DNA of 58,270 nt, the filler included, from Sandaracinaceae bacterium (GTDB lineage Bacteria; Myxococcota_A; Polyangia; Polyangiales; JADJQN01), in NCBI GenBank assembly GCA_947483975.1. It is 5 parts of 5 records of this genome, joined end to end, with 100 filler letters (N's around TTAATTAATTAA, not from the genome) between each part and the next. Parts side by side here need not be neighbours in the genome. Positions count along the whole stretch, not along the records: positions 1 to 11,680 come from CANKOL010000140.1; 4 more parts are not named here. One strand, written 5' to 3'. The notes beneath the pieces were generated by a model that worked only from the letters and a program-made list of their open reading frames with translations, did not search any database and was not told the DNA's origin. A program made the position numbers and the translations under genes. Positions 1-8,704 of the stretch are shown here, piece by piece. Position 1 is the stretch's first letter. Each line of letters starts with the position of its first letter.

Positions 1-2
1 CG

Positions 3-1763
3 CCGACGCTCGTCGCGCTCGCGTTCCCGACGCCGCTCCTGCCCGGGAGCCGGCTCGTCGCGACGGTCGCTGGCGCGGCGCCTGACGCGGCGTTCACGCT
101 GCGCCTCACGCACGCGAGCGGCGCCCGCGCGGTGCTCGAGGCGGTGCCCGCTGAGCCGCACGTCTTCACGCTGACGAGCGCCGATCTCGACGCGCTCGGC
201 GAGGGCGTGTTGACGCTCGACGCGGTGCTCGTCGCGACCGACGCCGAGAGCGCGCCGCTCTCCGTCAGCGTCGTGCTCGCGCACAGCGTCGAGAACACGC
301 TCACGCGCGTCACGGCGGGCGCGGTGACCTTCAACGAGCGGGCGACGCTCGACGGCGCGGGGCTGCTCTTCCCGGGCGAAGGGCGCACCGTCGCGCGCTT
401 CACCGGCGCGTTTCACGCGGACGCGGGCGGCACGACGCCGATCGACGCGTGGCTGCTCGTCGTGCCTGAGTCGCCGAGCGAGCGCCGCCGCGGCGTCGTC
501 GTGCTGACGACGGAGCTCGCGGGCTCGCTGCGCACCGGCGACTTCGTGGGGGACGTCACGCTCGAGTCGATGCCGACGACAGGCTCGCTGACGACCTCGG
601 GGACGCTGCCTGTCACGTATTCGTTTGGCCCGCCGCTCGCGCTCGGCTTCGAGCCGACGACGGCGACGCTCGGGCAGTTCCTCGACGTCCGCGGCGCGGG
701 CTTTCTCGGCGGCGCGGACCGCCCCGACGAGACGACGCTCCTGCGCCTCGCGGGCACCTTCACGCCGACGGGCGGCACGGCGACGGCGTTCGGTCCGATC
801 GAGCTCGTGCCGGAGTTCGTCGCGGGTGACCGCGTGCGGCTGACGGTGACGACGGAGGCGCGCGGCACGGAGCTGGTCGCGGCGCTGTTCGGGGCGCGTC
901 GCGGTGCGCTCTCCGGCACCGCGGTGCCGGTGACGATCCGCGGCACCGAGGAGCTGAGCGGCGACCCCGCGAGCGTGCACTTTCAGCTCGGCGCGCCGAG
1001 GCAGGTCGTGTGGCTGCGCTTTCTGCCGCAGTTCTACGAGTTGCTGCCGCATTTCGGGCTCGGCGCTGCGGCGTACGGCGCGGTCGAGGGGCGCGTGCGC
1101 GAGCGCATCACGAGCATCTACGCGGGCTGGAACCTCGACGTGCGGCTCGAGCGCCCGACGGACTTCGCCGACACGGGCTACGCCGTCGTCGAGATCGGCG
1201 GCACGGACCCGAACGGCAGCGGGCTCTTCGGCTACGACAACAGCCCAGGCAAGGACGTCGGCAACCTGCGCCTCTTCGATCACCTCGGTGGCGCCAACGC
1301 CGAGACGCAGGCCGACGGCTACCCGGGCTTCGGCGGGGTCTTCGTCGAGTCGCTGCTCTATTGGTCCTCGCACCCGGAGCTACCCGGCGCGCGTCCGAGC
1401 AGCGCGCCCGAGCCCGAGCCGCTCTTCGATGAGCTCTTCGACGCCGTGCGCGCCCGCCCCGCGACGCCCGCCGAGGTCGCCGGCAGCGGCAGCCCGGCGC
1501 GAGTCGCCGCCGTCGAGCGCGCGCTCTCCGCGCTCGCGTCCTTGATCGGCGAGACGACCGCGCACGAGCTCGGGCACAGCCTCGGGCTCGCGCTGCCCGA
1601 CGGCCCGCCGACCGCGTTCCACGACCCGGGCGACGACCCAGGTTGCCTGATGGAGAGCGGCGGCGCGCGGCCGCTCGGCGAGCGCGCAGCGCAGGCGGGC
1701 TTCGTCGAGACGCACTTCTGCTACGACGCGCCGGCGTACCTCGACGGCATCCTCGGCGAGTGA
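3..1763 (+). CDS. Secreted/lipoprotein-type zinc metalloprotease (metzincin-like), 5'-truncated
   Basis: Frame is open from base 3. C-terminal AHELGHSLGL...H...CLM fits HExxHxxG with a third His and a Met-turn; the N-terminal part looks like beta-rich Ig-like domains. Confidence 0.65.
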   Translation, partial: PTLVALAFPTPLLPGSRLVATVAGAAPDAAFTLRLTHASGARAVLEAVPAEPHVFTLTSADLDALGEGVLTLDAVLVATDAESAPLSVSVVLAHSVENTLTRVTAGAVTFNERATLDGAGLLFPGEGRTVARFTGAFHADAGGTTPIDAWLLVVPESPSERRRGVVVLTTELAGSLRTGDFVGDVTLESMPTTGSLTTSGTLPVTYSFGPPLALGFEPTTATLGQFLDVRGAGFLGGADRPDETTLLRLAGTFTPTGGTATAFGPIELVPEFVAGDRVRLTVTTEARGTELVAALFGARRGALSGTAVPVTIRGTEELSGDPASVHFQLGAPRQVVWLRFLPQFYELLPHFGLGAAAYGAVEGRVRERITSIYAGWNLDVRLERPTDFADTGYAVVEIGGTDPNGSGLFGYDNSPGKDVGNLRLFDHLGGANAETQADGYPGFGGVFVESLLYWSSHPELPGARPSSAPEPEPLFDELFDAVRARPATPAEVAGSGSPARVAAVERALSALASLIGETTAHELGHSLGLALPDGPPTAFHDPGDDPGCLMESGGARPLGERAAQAGFVETHFCYDAPAYLDGILGE

Positions 1764-1790
1764 GCGACCCTCAGCCGGGCAGCCTCGCGC

Positions 1791-2141
1791 TCAGTTCTTC
1801 TCGCTCGCGAGGAGCGCCTCTAGCTCCGCGTTGCCGCCGATCAGCACGCCGTCGCGGAAGATCATCGGGAAGGTCGGCCAGCCCGCCCAGAGCTTGATCG
1901 CGAGGCGCTGCTTCCACTCGCTGAAGTAGTTGCCGTAGCTGATGAAGGTCGGCTCGATGTTGGCGGCGGCGAAGTTGGCGCGCGCCTTCTTGACGACGGG
2001 GTTCTGCCCCATGCCGACGACGACCCATTTGTCGCGCGCGACGGCCGCGGCGACGTGATCGACGATGTCGCGGTGGAAGGTCGACTGCTTGGCTGCTGCT
2101 GCGGGCGAGATCTTGTCGGCGGAGAGCGTCGGGCGTGCCAT
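1791..2141 (-). CDS. Glutaredoxin-like protein lacking active-site cysteines
   Basis: Start reassigned to MARPTL. WPTFPMIFRDGVLIGG is the glutaredoxin cis-Pro/GG motif; the CxxC position reads GMGQNPVV. Confidence 0.8.
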   Translation of the reverse strand: MARPTLSADKISPAAAAKQSTFHRDIVDHVAAAVARDKWVVVGMGQNPVVKKARANFAAANIEPTFISYGNYFSEWKQRLAIKLWAGWPTFPMIFRDGVLIGGNAELEALLASEKN

Positions 2142-2193
2142 GGGAAGTTCCTCGGGAAATGCTGCGCCCTCGGACGGGGCAGCGCGCCCGGCG

Positions 2194-2727
2194 TTACTTC
2201 GGCTCGCGCGGAATGCGGAGCTTGACGACGACGCGCGAGCGGACGCGGAGCGCGCCGAGCATCGCACGGAAGGGCTTGATGCCGAAGTCGGTCTGCTCGA
2301 GCGGGACGTCCGCCGTCTCGAAGTCGCCCGCGCGGACGGTGGTGAACGCGAGCGGGCGGGAGACGCCGTGCAGCGTGAGCGTGCCCTCGACGAGGTGCCC
2401 CCCGTCGGCCGACTCGCGCGCGACCTTCCCGCTGAAGCGAACCTCCGGGAAGCGCGCGACCGCGAGCACGTCGTCCCAGGTGTGCGCCTCGATCGTGCGC
2501 GCGTCGCCCGCCGAGATGCGCCCCGCCTGCACCTGCCCGTCGACGAGCGCCCCGCGCAGGCGGAGCGCGCGCGCGTCGATGCGCACCTCGACCGCGCCCG
2601 TCGCCTCGTCGACGTCGAGCGTCAGGGTGGTCGCCGCGAGCTCGAGGTCGTGTCCGACCGGGGAGAGCACGCCCTCGCGGCTGGTGTGCACGAGGACCTC
2701 AGCGCGCGTCGCGTCGTAGTGGGGCAT
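2194..2727 (-). CDS. YceI-family lipid/polyisoprenoid-binding protein
   Basis: FPEVRF...GTLTLHGVSRPL...QTDFGIKP motifs typical of YceI. Confidence 0.8.
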   Translation of the reverse strand: MPHYDATRAEVLVHTSREGVLSPVGHDLELAATTLTLDVDEATGAVEVRIDARALRLRGALVDGQVQAGRISAGDARTIEAHTWDDVLAVARFPEVRFSGKVARESADGGHLVEGTLTLHGVSRPLAFTTVRAGDFETADVPLEQTDFGIKPFRAMLGALRVRSRVVVKLRIPREPK

Positions 2728-2830
2728 GGGCCGTCAGATACGCGCGCCGCCCTCGAGGGCAACCGGGCGGCCTCTCGGGAGCCGTCGCGCGCGGAGGTCG
2801 CTCGCCGCCGCCGCGCGCCTGACCAAAAGC

Positions 2831-2846
2831 GCCCGCTTTGTGCCAG
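2831..2846 (-). promoter_or_regulatory. Candidate sigma54 (-24/-12) promoter for the yceI-glutaredoxin unit
   Basis: Minus strand reads CTGGCACAAAGCGGGC, which is TGGCAC with GG-N10-GC spacing. Confidence 0.4.
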
Positions 2847-2914
2847 CGTGGGCCACCGACGACGGCCGCGCGCCGACCAAGGTTGACGGAAAGCCCATGA
2901 TTTTGCGGTGGGCG

Positions 2915-2931
2915 TGGGCACAGACCTTGCG
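2915..2931 (+). promoter_or_regulatory. Candidate sigma54 promoter for the alpha-2-macroglobulin gene
   Basis: TGGGCACAGACCTTGCG gives GGCAC...TTGC with exact GG-N10-GC spacing, followed by a GAGGAG RBS and the ATG at 2958. Confidence 0.6.
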
Positions 2932-2957
2932 TAGAGCCGCAGCGAGGAGACTCGCCC

Positions 2958-5900
2958 ATGTCCTTTCTTAGACTCCACCCGCGCCCCGCTCTGCTGCTCG
3001 CGCCGATGTTCGCGCTCCTCGTCACCGGCTGCGGCGGTGGCCGCGAGGCGACCCCGCCGGAGCGCGCCTCCAACTCGCTCGCCTCGCTCGACGAGCGCCT
3101 GATTCGCGCGGCCGTCATGGACGAGAACCTCGCCGTCGACGTGCCCGTCGACGCGCTCGGCGGCGCTCCGCTCAGCGGGCGGCTCTCGCTCGACCTGACG
3201 AACGTCGCGACCGGCGAGGTCGTGTACGTCGGGCGGCAGTCGGTCGACTTCACGCAGGACGCGCCGACGGCGCGGTATCGCTTCGTGTTCCGCGGTGCAG
3301 CGCGCGGCCTCGAGCGCGTCGCGACGGGCCCGATGATCCTCGACTGGCGCCTGCGCACCGACGACGCGCATGACCTCTTCGGGCACCGGAGCCTCTACGC
3401 GGCGCTCGGCAACCTCGACGTGCAGCTGCGCGCGCCGACGGAGCTCGCGACGACTGGCACCTCGCCCGTGCGCGTCGTCGTGCACGACCCCGCGACGCGC
3501 GCGCCCATCGCCGGCGCCGCGGTCGTCGCCGTGCTCGCGACGGCCGCCGTGACCGAGGGAGGGGCGCCCGTCGAGCACGCGCTCTTCACCGGCGTCACCG
3601 ACGCGCACGGCGAGCTCGCCGCGGCGATCGCGCTCCCCGAGGGCACCGCGGGCGGCACGCTGCGCGTCACCGTCGCGCACGGCGACGTGCAGGTCTGGAC
3701 GAGCCGCACGGTCGCGCGCCGCGCCGACGATCAGCTCTACCTCGGGTCCGACAAGACGCTCTATCAGCCCGGGCAGGACATCCACCTGCGGCTGCTCGCG
3801 CTCGCCGGTCCCGACCGCCTCGCCGTCGCCGACACCGAGGTCGTGTTCGAGGCGCACGACGCGCGCGGCAACAAGGTCTTCCGGCAGACCACGCGGACCG
3901 ACGTGTTCGGCGTCGCCGCGGCGGTCGTGCCGACGGACGCGCGCGTGAACGAAGGCGACTGGAAGTTCTCGGCACAGCTCGCGGGGCGGCAGACTCAGCT
4001 GCTGCTGCCCGTGCACGCCTACGCGCTGCCGAAGCTGCGCGTCGAGGTCAGCGGCGACCAGACCTTCGCGCTCCCGGGGGACCTCGTGCACGCGCAGGTC
4101 GCGGCGCACTATCTGTTCGGCGAGCCCGTCGCGGACGCCGCCGTCACCGTCGAGGCGCGCACCGCGAGCGGCGTGCCCGTCGGCAGCTTCGTCGGGCGCA
4201 CGGACGCGCAGGGCGCGTACGCGTTCGACGTGCTCGTGCCCGAGGCGCTGCGCACCGAGGCGCTCGAGGAGAGCGGCGACACGCTGCTCGTCTCAGCGAC
4301 CGTCGTCGACGCCGCCGAGCAGACCGAGCAAGGGCAGGGCGCCGTGCCGCTCGCCGCGGCCCCGCTGCGCGTGCAGGTGATCGGCGACGGCGCGCTCGCG
4401 CCCGGCGTCGAGAGCCTCGCCTACGTCGTCGTGACGGACGCCGTCGGGCGCCCGCTCGTCGCCGAGGTGACCGTGACGGGCGACGCCGCCGCGGCGCTCA
4501 CGACCAACGCCTCGGGCGTCGCGGAGCTTCGCCTGACGCCGACGAGCGACGCCGTCAGCCTCGAGGTCGCGGCGACCGACGGCGCGGGTCGCTCGCACCT
4601 GCGCACCGTCTCCCTCGGCGCGACGGGCGAGACGCGGCTGCGCCTCTCGACCGACCGCGCCATCTACCGCGCGGGCGACCTCGCGCGCGTGCACGTCTCG
4701 GCTGCGCCCGGCATCGAGCGGGCGTTCCTCGACGTCTACCGCGGCGCGACGGGCATCCTCAGCACCTCGGTCGCGCTGACGAGCGCGGGCGCCGACGTCG
4801 AGGTGCCGATCACCGCGGCGCTCGGCGGCTTGCTCGTCGTCGACGCGTTCGCGTCTGCCTCGGACGGCACGCCGCTCCGCGCAGGTCGCGCGCTCCTCGT
4901 CGAGCGCGACGATCACCTGCAGGTGACGCTCGCGGCGGACCACGACACCTATGGCCCGGGCGACGCCGCGCAGGTCGAGGTGCAGGTCACCGACGCCTCG
5001 GGCGCGCCGCGCGTCGCGTCGGTCGGGCTCACCGTCGTCGATGAGGCGGTGTTCGCGCTCGGCGGCGAGCCGACGACGAGCCTGCGGTCGTCGTTCGGGC
5101 TCGACGGGCGCGTGCTCCCCGCGTCCGTGAGCGTCGCCGGGCGTGGCGCCGATGCGCTGCTCAACGACCGCGATCCCGCGGACCGCGAGCAGCTCGCGCG
5201 CCTGCTCTTCGCGAGCGCGGGCGACGTGCACGGGCCGAGCTTCGACTACGACTCGCTCTCCGTCGAGCTGCCCCAGGTCGTCAACAGCCTCACCGAGAAG
5301 CTGATGTTCGACGCGCAGAAGTACCTCGAGCGCACGCGCCCGCTCGTCGACGACGGCACCGTCACCGCCGCGAACCTCGCCGACCACGTGCGGCTCTCGC
5401 ACCTCGTCGATCCGTTCGGGCGCGCCTACCGCGCGAGCGTCGAGGGCACCGACGAGTGGTCGAAGGAGCTCGTGCTCGCGTCCGATGGTCCGGACGAGGT
5501 GCAGGGCACGGCCGACGACCTCGTGCTGCGCACCTGGATGAGCTGGCTCTTCTACGGCGGCTACTACGGGCCCGGCGTGGACGGCGAGGGCTTCGCCGGC
5601 GCGGGGATGCGCGCTGACGCCGCGACGCCGTCGACCGCGCCGCCGACCGCCGATCCGGGCGCCGCGAGTCAGCCGAAGGTGCGCCGCGACTTCCGCGAGA
5701 CCGCGCTCGTGCAGCCGATGCTGATCACCGACGCCCGCGGGCGCGCGACGGTGACGGTGCCGCTCGCGCAGTCGATCACGACCTGGCGCGTCTCCGCGGA
5801 CGGCTCCACGGCCGACGGCCGCGTCGGCGCGGCGCGCGCGGATCTGCGCACTTTTCAGCCGTTCTTCGTCGACTTCTCGCTGCCCGTGCGCCTGACGAGC

Positions 5901-7781
5901 GGCGATGAGCTCGACGTGCCCGCGATCGTCTACAACTACACCGCGGACCCGCAGCGCGTGGCCGTCACGCTCGAGCGCGGCGACTGGTTCGACGCGGTCG
6001 GGAGCGTCGCCGAGTCGGTGGACCTCGGACCGAGCGAGGTGCGCGCGGTGCGCTTCCGCATCCGCATCACGCGCGCCGGCACGCACGAGCTGTTCCTCCA
6101 CGGCTCGGCGGGCGGGCTGAGCGACGCCCTCGTGCGCGCCGTGCAGGTGCTGCCCGAGGGGCAGCCCGACGACCAGACGTTCTCGGGCACGATCGACGCG
6201 ACGGCGCTCGGTCGCCTGCACTCGGTCGACCTGCCGACGGACACCGTCCCCGGCGGCGGCTCGCTCGAGCTCGCGCTGACGCCGGGCTTCGCGGCGGAGG
6301 CGGTGCAGGGGATCTCGTCGCTGCTCGCCGAGCCGAACGGCTGCTTCGAGCAGACGACCGCGACCGCGTGGCCGAACACGCTCGTCGCGAAGTACCTCGA
6401 CGCGACGGGCGGCTTCACGCCGGAGACGCGCGAGCAGACCATCGCGCTCATCACGCGCGGCTATCAGCGGCTGCTCACCTTCGAGAGCCCGACCGGCGGC
6501 TACAACTGGTGGGGCGACAGCGACCCAGGCAACCGCATCCTCACCGCGATCATGCTCTGGCACCTGAAGGACATGGAGGGCCTGATCGAGACCGACAGCG
6601 CCGTCCGCGACCGCGCGCTCGACTGGCTCCTCGCGCAGCAGCAGCCGGACGGCTCGTGGCCCTCGGGCGACGCGCTGCACGCGGGCGACGAGGTGCTCGG
6701 CACGACGGACGCGCGCACGACCGCGTTCATCGCGTGGGCGCTCGCGCACACCGGCTGGGCCGACGACGCCGTCTCGCGCGCCGCAGGCTGGCTCCGCGCG
6801 AACCTCCCGCCCGCGGACGACCTCTACGCGAACGCGCTCGTCGCCAACGCGTTCGCGCTCGCGGACCCCGCTGGCGCGACGACGACCGAGGTCTTCGGGC
6901 GCCTCGACGGGCTGCGCGTCGACCTCGGCGGCGACGAAGGCACGCTCTGGCCGACCGACACTCCGTCGTGGACCGGCACCGGCGGCGACACCGCCGCGAT
7001 CGAGACGACCGGCCTCGTCGCCTACGGCCTGATGCAGGCGGGCGTCTATCCCGACGACCTCGCGGGCGCGATGCGCTTCATCCTCGCGAACAAGGACGCC
7101 GTCGGCACCTGGTACAACACGCAGGCGACGATGAACGCGCTCCGCGCGCTCTCCGCGGGGCTCACCGGCGGCGCCGGCGACGCGGACGGCACGCTCGTCG
7201 TCACCGTCGGCGGCGTCGAAGCTGCGCGCGTCACCGTCGACGCGAGCAACCGCGACCTCCTGCGTCGCTTCGACCTCAGCAGCCTGCTGAGCCCGGGCGC
7301 GAACGCCGTGCGCCTCACGTTCACCGGCACCGGGCAGCTGAGCTATCGGCTCTCTCGCCGCGCCTATCGCCCCGCGCTCCCGCCCACCGAGGGCCCGCTG
7401 TCGCTGACCGTCGACTACGACACGAACACCGTCGCCGTCGGCTCGCCCGTGACGGTCACCGCGCGCGCGCACAACGGCGAGGCGCTCGGCTCGCGCGATC
7501 AGGTGATCGTGCGCGTCGGCCGCGCGCCCGGCTTCGACCCCCGCACCGACGACCTCGACGCGCTCGTCGCGCGCGGCGCCGTCAGCCGCTACGAGGTCCG
7601 CGCCGAGGACGTGACCTTCTACCTGATGGGCCTCGCGGCCGGCGAGACGCGCGAGCTCGCGTTCCGCCTCGTGCCGAGCCTCCCCGTGGACGCGACGGCG
7701 ACCGCGTCGACGATCTACGCGTACTACGAGCCCTCCCTCCGCCAGACGCTTCCTGCGGAGCGCTTCCTCGCGACGCGCTAA
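2958..7781 (+). CDS. Bacterial alpha-2-macroglobulin family lipoprotein with thioester motif
   Basis: Lipobox LVTGC; MG motifs SDKTLYQPGQ and TDRAIYRAGD; VRRDFRET; thioester GCFEQ at 6339-6353; C-terminal YAYYEP. Confidence 0.93.
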   Translation: MSFLRLHPRPALLLAPMFALLVTGCGGGREATPPERASNSLASLDERLIRAAVMDENLAVDVPVDALGGAPLSGRLSLDLTNVATGEVVYVGRQSVDFTQDAPTARYRFVFRGAARGLERVATGPMILDWRLRTDDAHDLFGHRSLYAALGNLDVQLRAPTELATTGTSPVRVVVHDPATRAPIAGAAVVAVLATAAVTEGGAPVEHALFTGVTDAHGELAAAIALPEGTAGGTLRVTVAHGDVQVWTSRTVARRADDQLYLGSDKTLYQPGQDIHLRLLALAGPDRLAVADTEVVFEAHDARGNKVFRQTTRTDVFGVAAAVVPTDARVNEGDWKFSAQLAGRQTQLLLPVHAYALPKLRVEVSGDQTFALPGDLVHAQVAAHYLFGEPVADAAVTVEARTASGVPVGSFVGRTDAQGAYAFDVLVPEALRTEALEESGDTLLVSATVVDAAEQTEQGQGAVPLAAAPLRVQVIGDGALAPGVESLAYVVVTDAVGRPLVAEVTVTGDAAAALTTNASGVAELRLTPTSDAVSLEVAATDGAGRSHLRTVSLGATGETRLRLSTDRAIYRAGDLARVHVSAAPGIERAFLDVYRGATGILSTSVALTSAGADVEVPITAALGGLLVVDAFASASDGTPLRAGRALLVERDDHLQVTLAADHDTYGPGDAAQVEVQVTDASGAPRVASVGLTVVDEAVFALGGEPTTSLRSSFGLDGRVLPASVSVAGRGADALLNDRDPADREQLARLLFASAGDVHGPSFDYDSLSVELPQVVNSLTEKLMFDAQKYLERTRPLVDDGTVTAANLADHVRLSHLVDPFGRAYRASVEGTDEWSKELVLASDGPDEVQGTADDLVLRTWMSWLFYGGYYGPGVDGEGFAGAGMRADAATPSTAPPTADPGAASQPKVRRDFRETALVQPMLITDARGRATVTVPLAQSITTWRVSADGSTADGRVGAARADLRTFQPFFVDFSLPVRLTSGDELDVPAIVYNYTADPQRVAVTLERGDWFDAVGSVAESVDLGPSEVRAVRFRIRITRAGTHELFLHGSAGGLSDALVRAVQVLPEGQPDDQTFSGTIDATALGRLHSVDLPTDTVPGGGSLELALTPGFAAEAVQGISSLLAEPNGCFEQTTATAWPNTLVAKYLDATGGFTPETREQTIALITRGYQRLLTFESPTGGYNWWGDSDPGNRILTAIMLWHLKDMEGLIETDSAVRDRALDWLLAQQQPDGSWPSGDALHAGDEVLGTTDARTTAFIAWALAHTGWADDAVSRAAGWLRANLPPADDLYANALVANAFALADPAGATTTEVFGRLDGLRVDLGGDEGTLWPTDTPSWTGTGGDTAAIETTGLVAYGLMQAGVYPDDLAGAMRFILANKDAVGTWYNTQATMNALRALSAGLTGGAGDADGTLVVTVGGVEAARVTVDASNRDLLRRFDLSSLLSPGANAVRLTFTGTGQLSYRLSRRAYRPALPPTEGPLSLTVDYDTNTVAVGSPVTVTARAHNGEALGSRDQVIVRVGRAPGFDPRTDDLDALVARGAVSRYEVRAEDVTFYLMGLAAGETRELAFRLVPSLPVDATATASTIYAYYEPSLRQTLPAERFLATR

Positions 7782-7790
7782 CGTCGCGGG

Positions 7791-8696
7791 ATGCGCGCCG
7801 CGGCACTCGCCCACGACCCCACGCTCCTCCTGCCGCTGACCTCCGCGTTCGAGACTGCGCGCCTCTGCGCGGTCTCGGCGCTGCTCCTGCTCGCCTCGTG
7901 CACGCCGACCGCGCCGCTCGCGCCGCTCGACTCCGGCGTCGACGCGAGCGACGCGCACGTCGACGTCTGCGAGGCGCTCTTCGGCGCGCCGAACGCCAAC
8001 ACCGGGCTCGACGACACGCAGTGTCGGCCCGTGTGCGGCTGCGGCGCGGACGCCTTCGTACCCCGCGCCTGGGACGCGACGAGCCTCGCGGCGCTGCGCG
8101 CGACGACGCAGCTCGACGCCCCCGCCGAGCTGGTCGCCGACCCCTACCTCGACCCTGCGCCGCCGCCTCCCCCCGAGGGCACGGTGTGCGCGGCGCTCTT
8201 CTCCGCGACCACGCCCGGCGCGTACTCCGTCGCGACGTTCGCCTCGACGGCGGACGCGACGGCGGCGGGCGCGCTCGTCACGCACGCGGGGGCGTGCGGC
8301 GTTTGTTCGTCGCTCACCGACCTCGCCGTGTACGCGGGCACGCCTGACCTGACCGCGCCGGTGCGGCAGTGCGGGCTCGATCAGCTCGGCGACTTCCCTG
8401 GGCTCGTCACCTGCCTCGAGGGGCTCGGCTTCACGCGCCCCTGCGCGCAGGTCTGGGCCTACAACACCGAGCACACGCGCGCGGCGTGCGGCGCCGTCTG
8501 CCTGCGCTTGCTGCGCGCGCCCTATCACCTGCCCGACGGCGCGCTCAACGCTTGCCTCCTGTGCGACGAGACCGAGAGCGGCCCCGTCTTCAAGGCGGTC
8601 GCGGGCCGCACGCGCCGCAACTCGGGGCTCGCCAACGCGATGTGCCGACCGTGCGCCGAGGTCATCCGCCTGACGCACGCGTACCCCGGGAGCTGA
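7791..8696 (+). CDS. Cysteine-rich lipoprotein of unknown function
   Basis: Lipobox LLASC; many paired Cys (CGVC, CGAVC, CLLCDE); starts 9 bp after the A2M stop. Confidence 0.75.
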   Translation: MRAAALAHDPTLLLPLTSAFETARLCAVSALLLLASCTPTAPLAPLDSGVDASDAHVDVCEALFGAPNANTGLDDTQCRPVCGCGADAFVPRAWDATSLAALRATTQLDAPAELVADPYLDPAPPPPPEGTVCAALFSATTPGAYSVATFASTADATAAGALVTHAGACGVCSSLTDLAVYAGTPDLTAPVRQCGLDQLGDFPGLVTCLEGLGFTRPCAQVWAYNTEHTRAACGAVCLRLLRAPYHLPDGALNACLLCDETESGPVFKAVAGRTRRNSGLANAMCRPCAEVIRLTHAYPGS

Positions 8697-8704
8697 GGCG
8701 TCCC

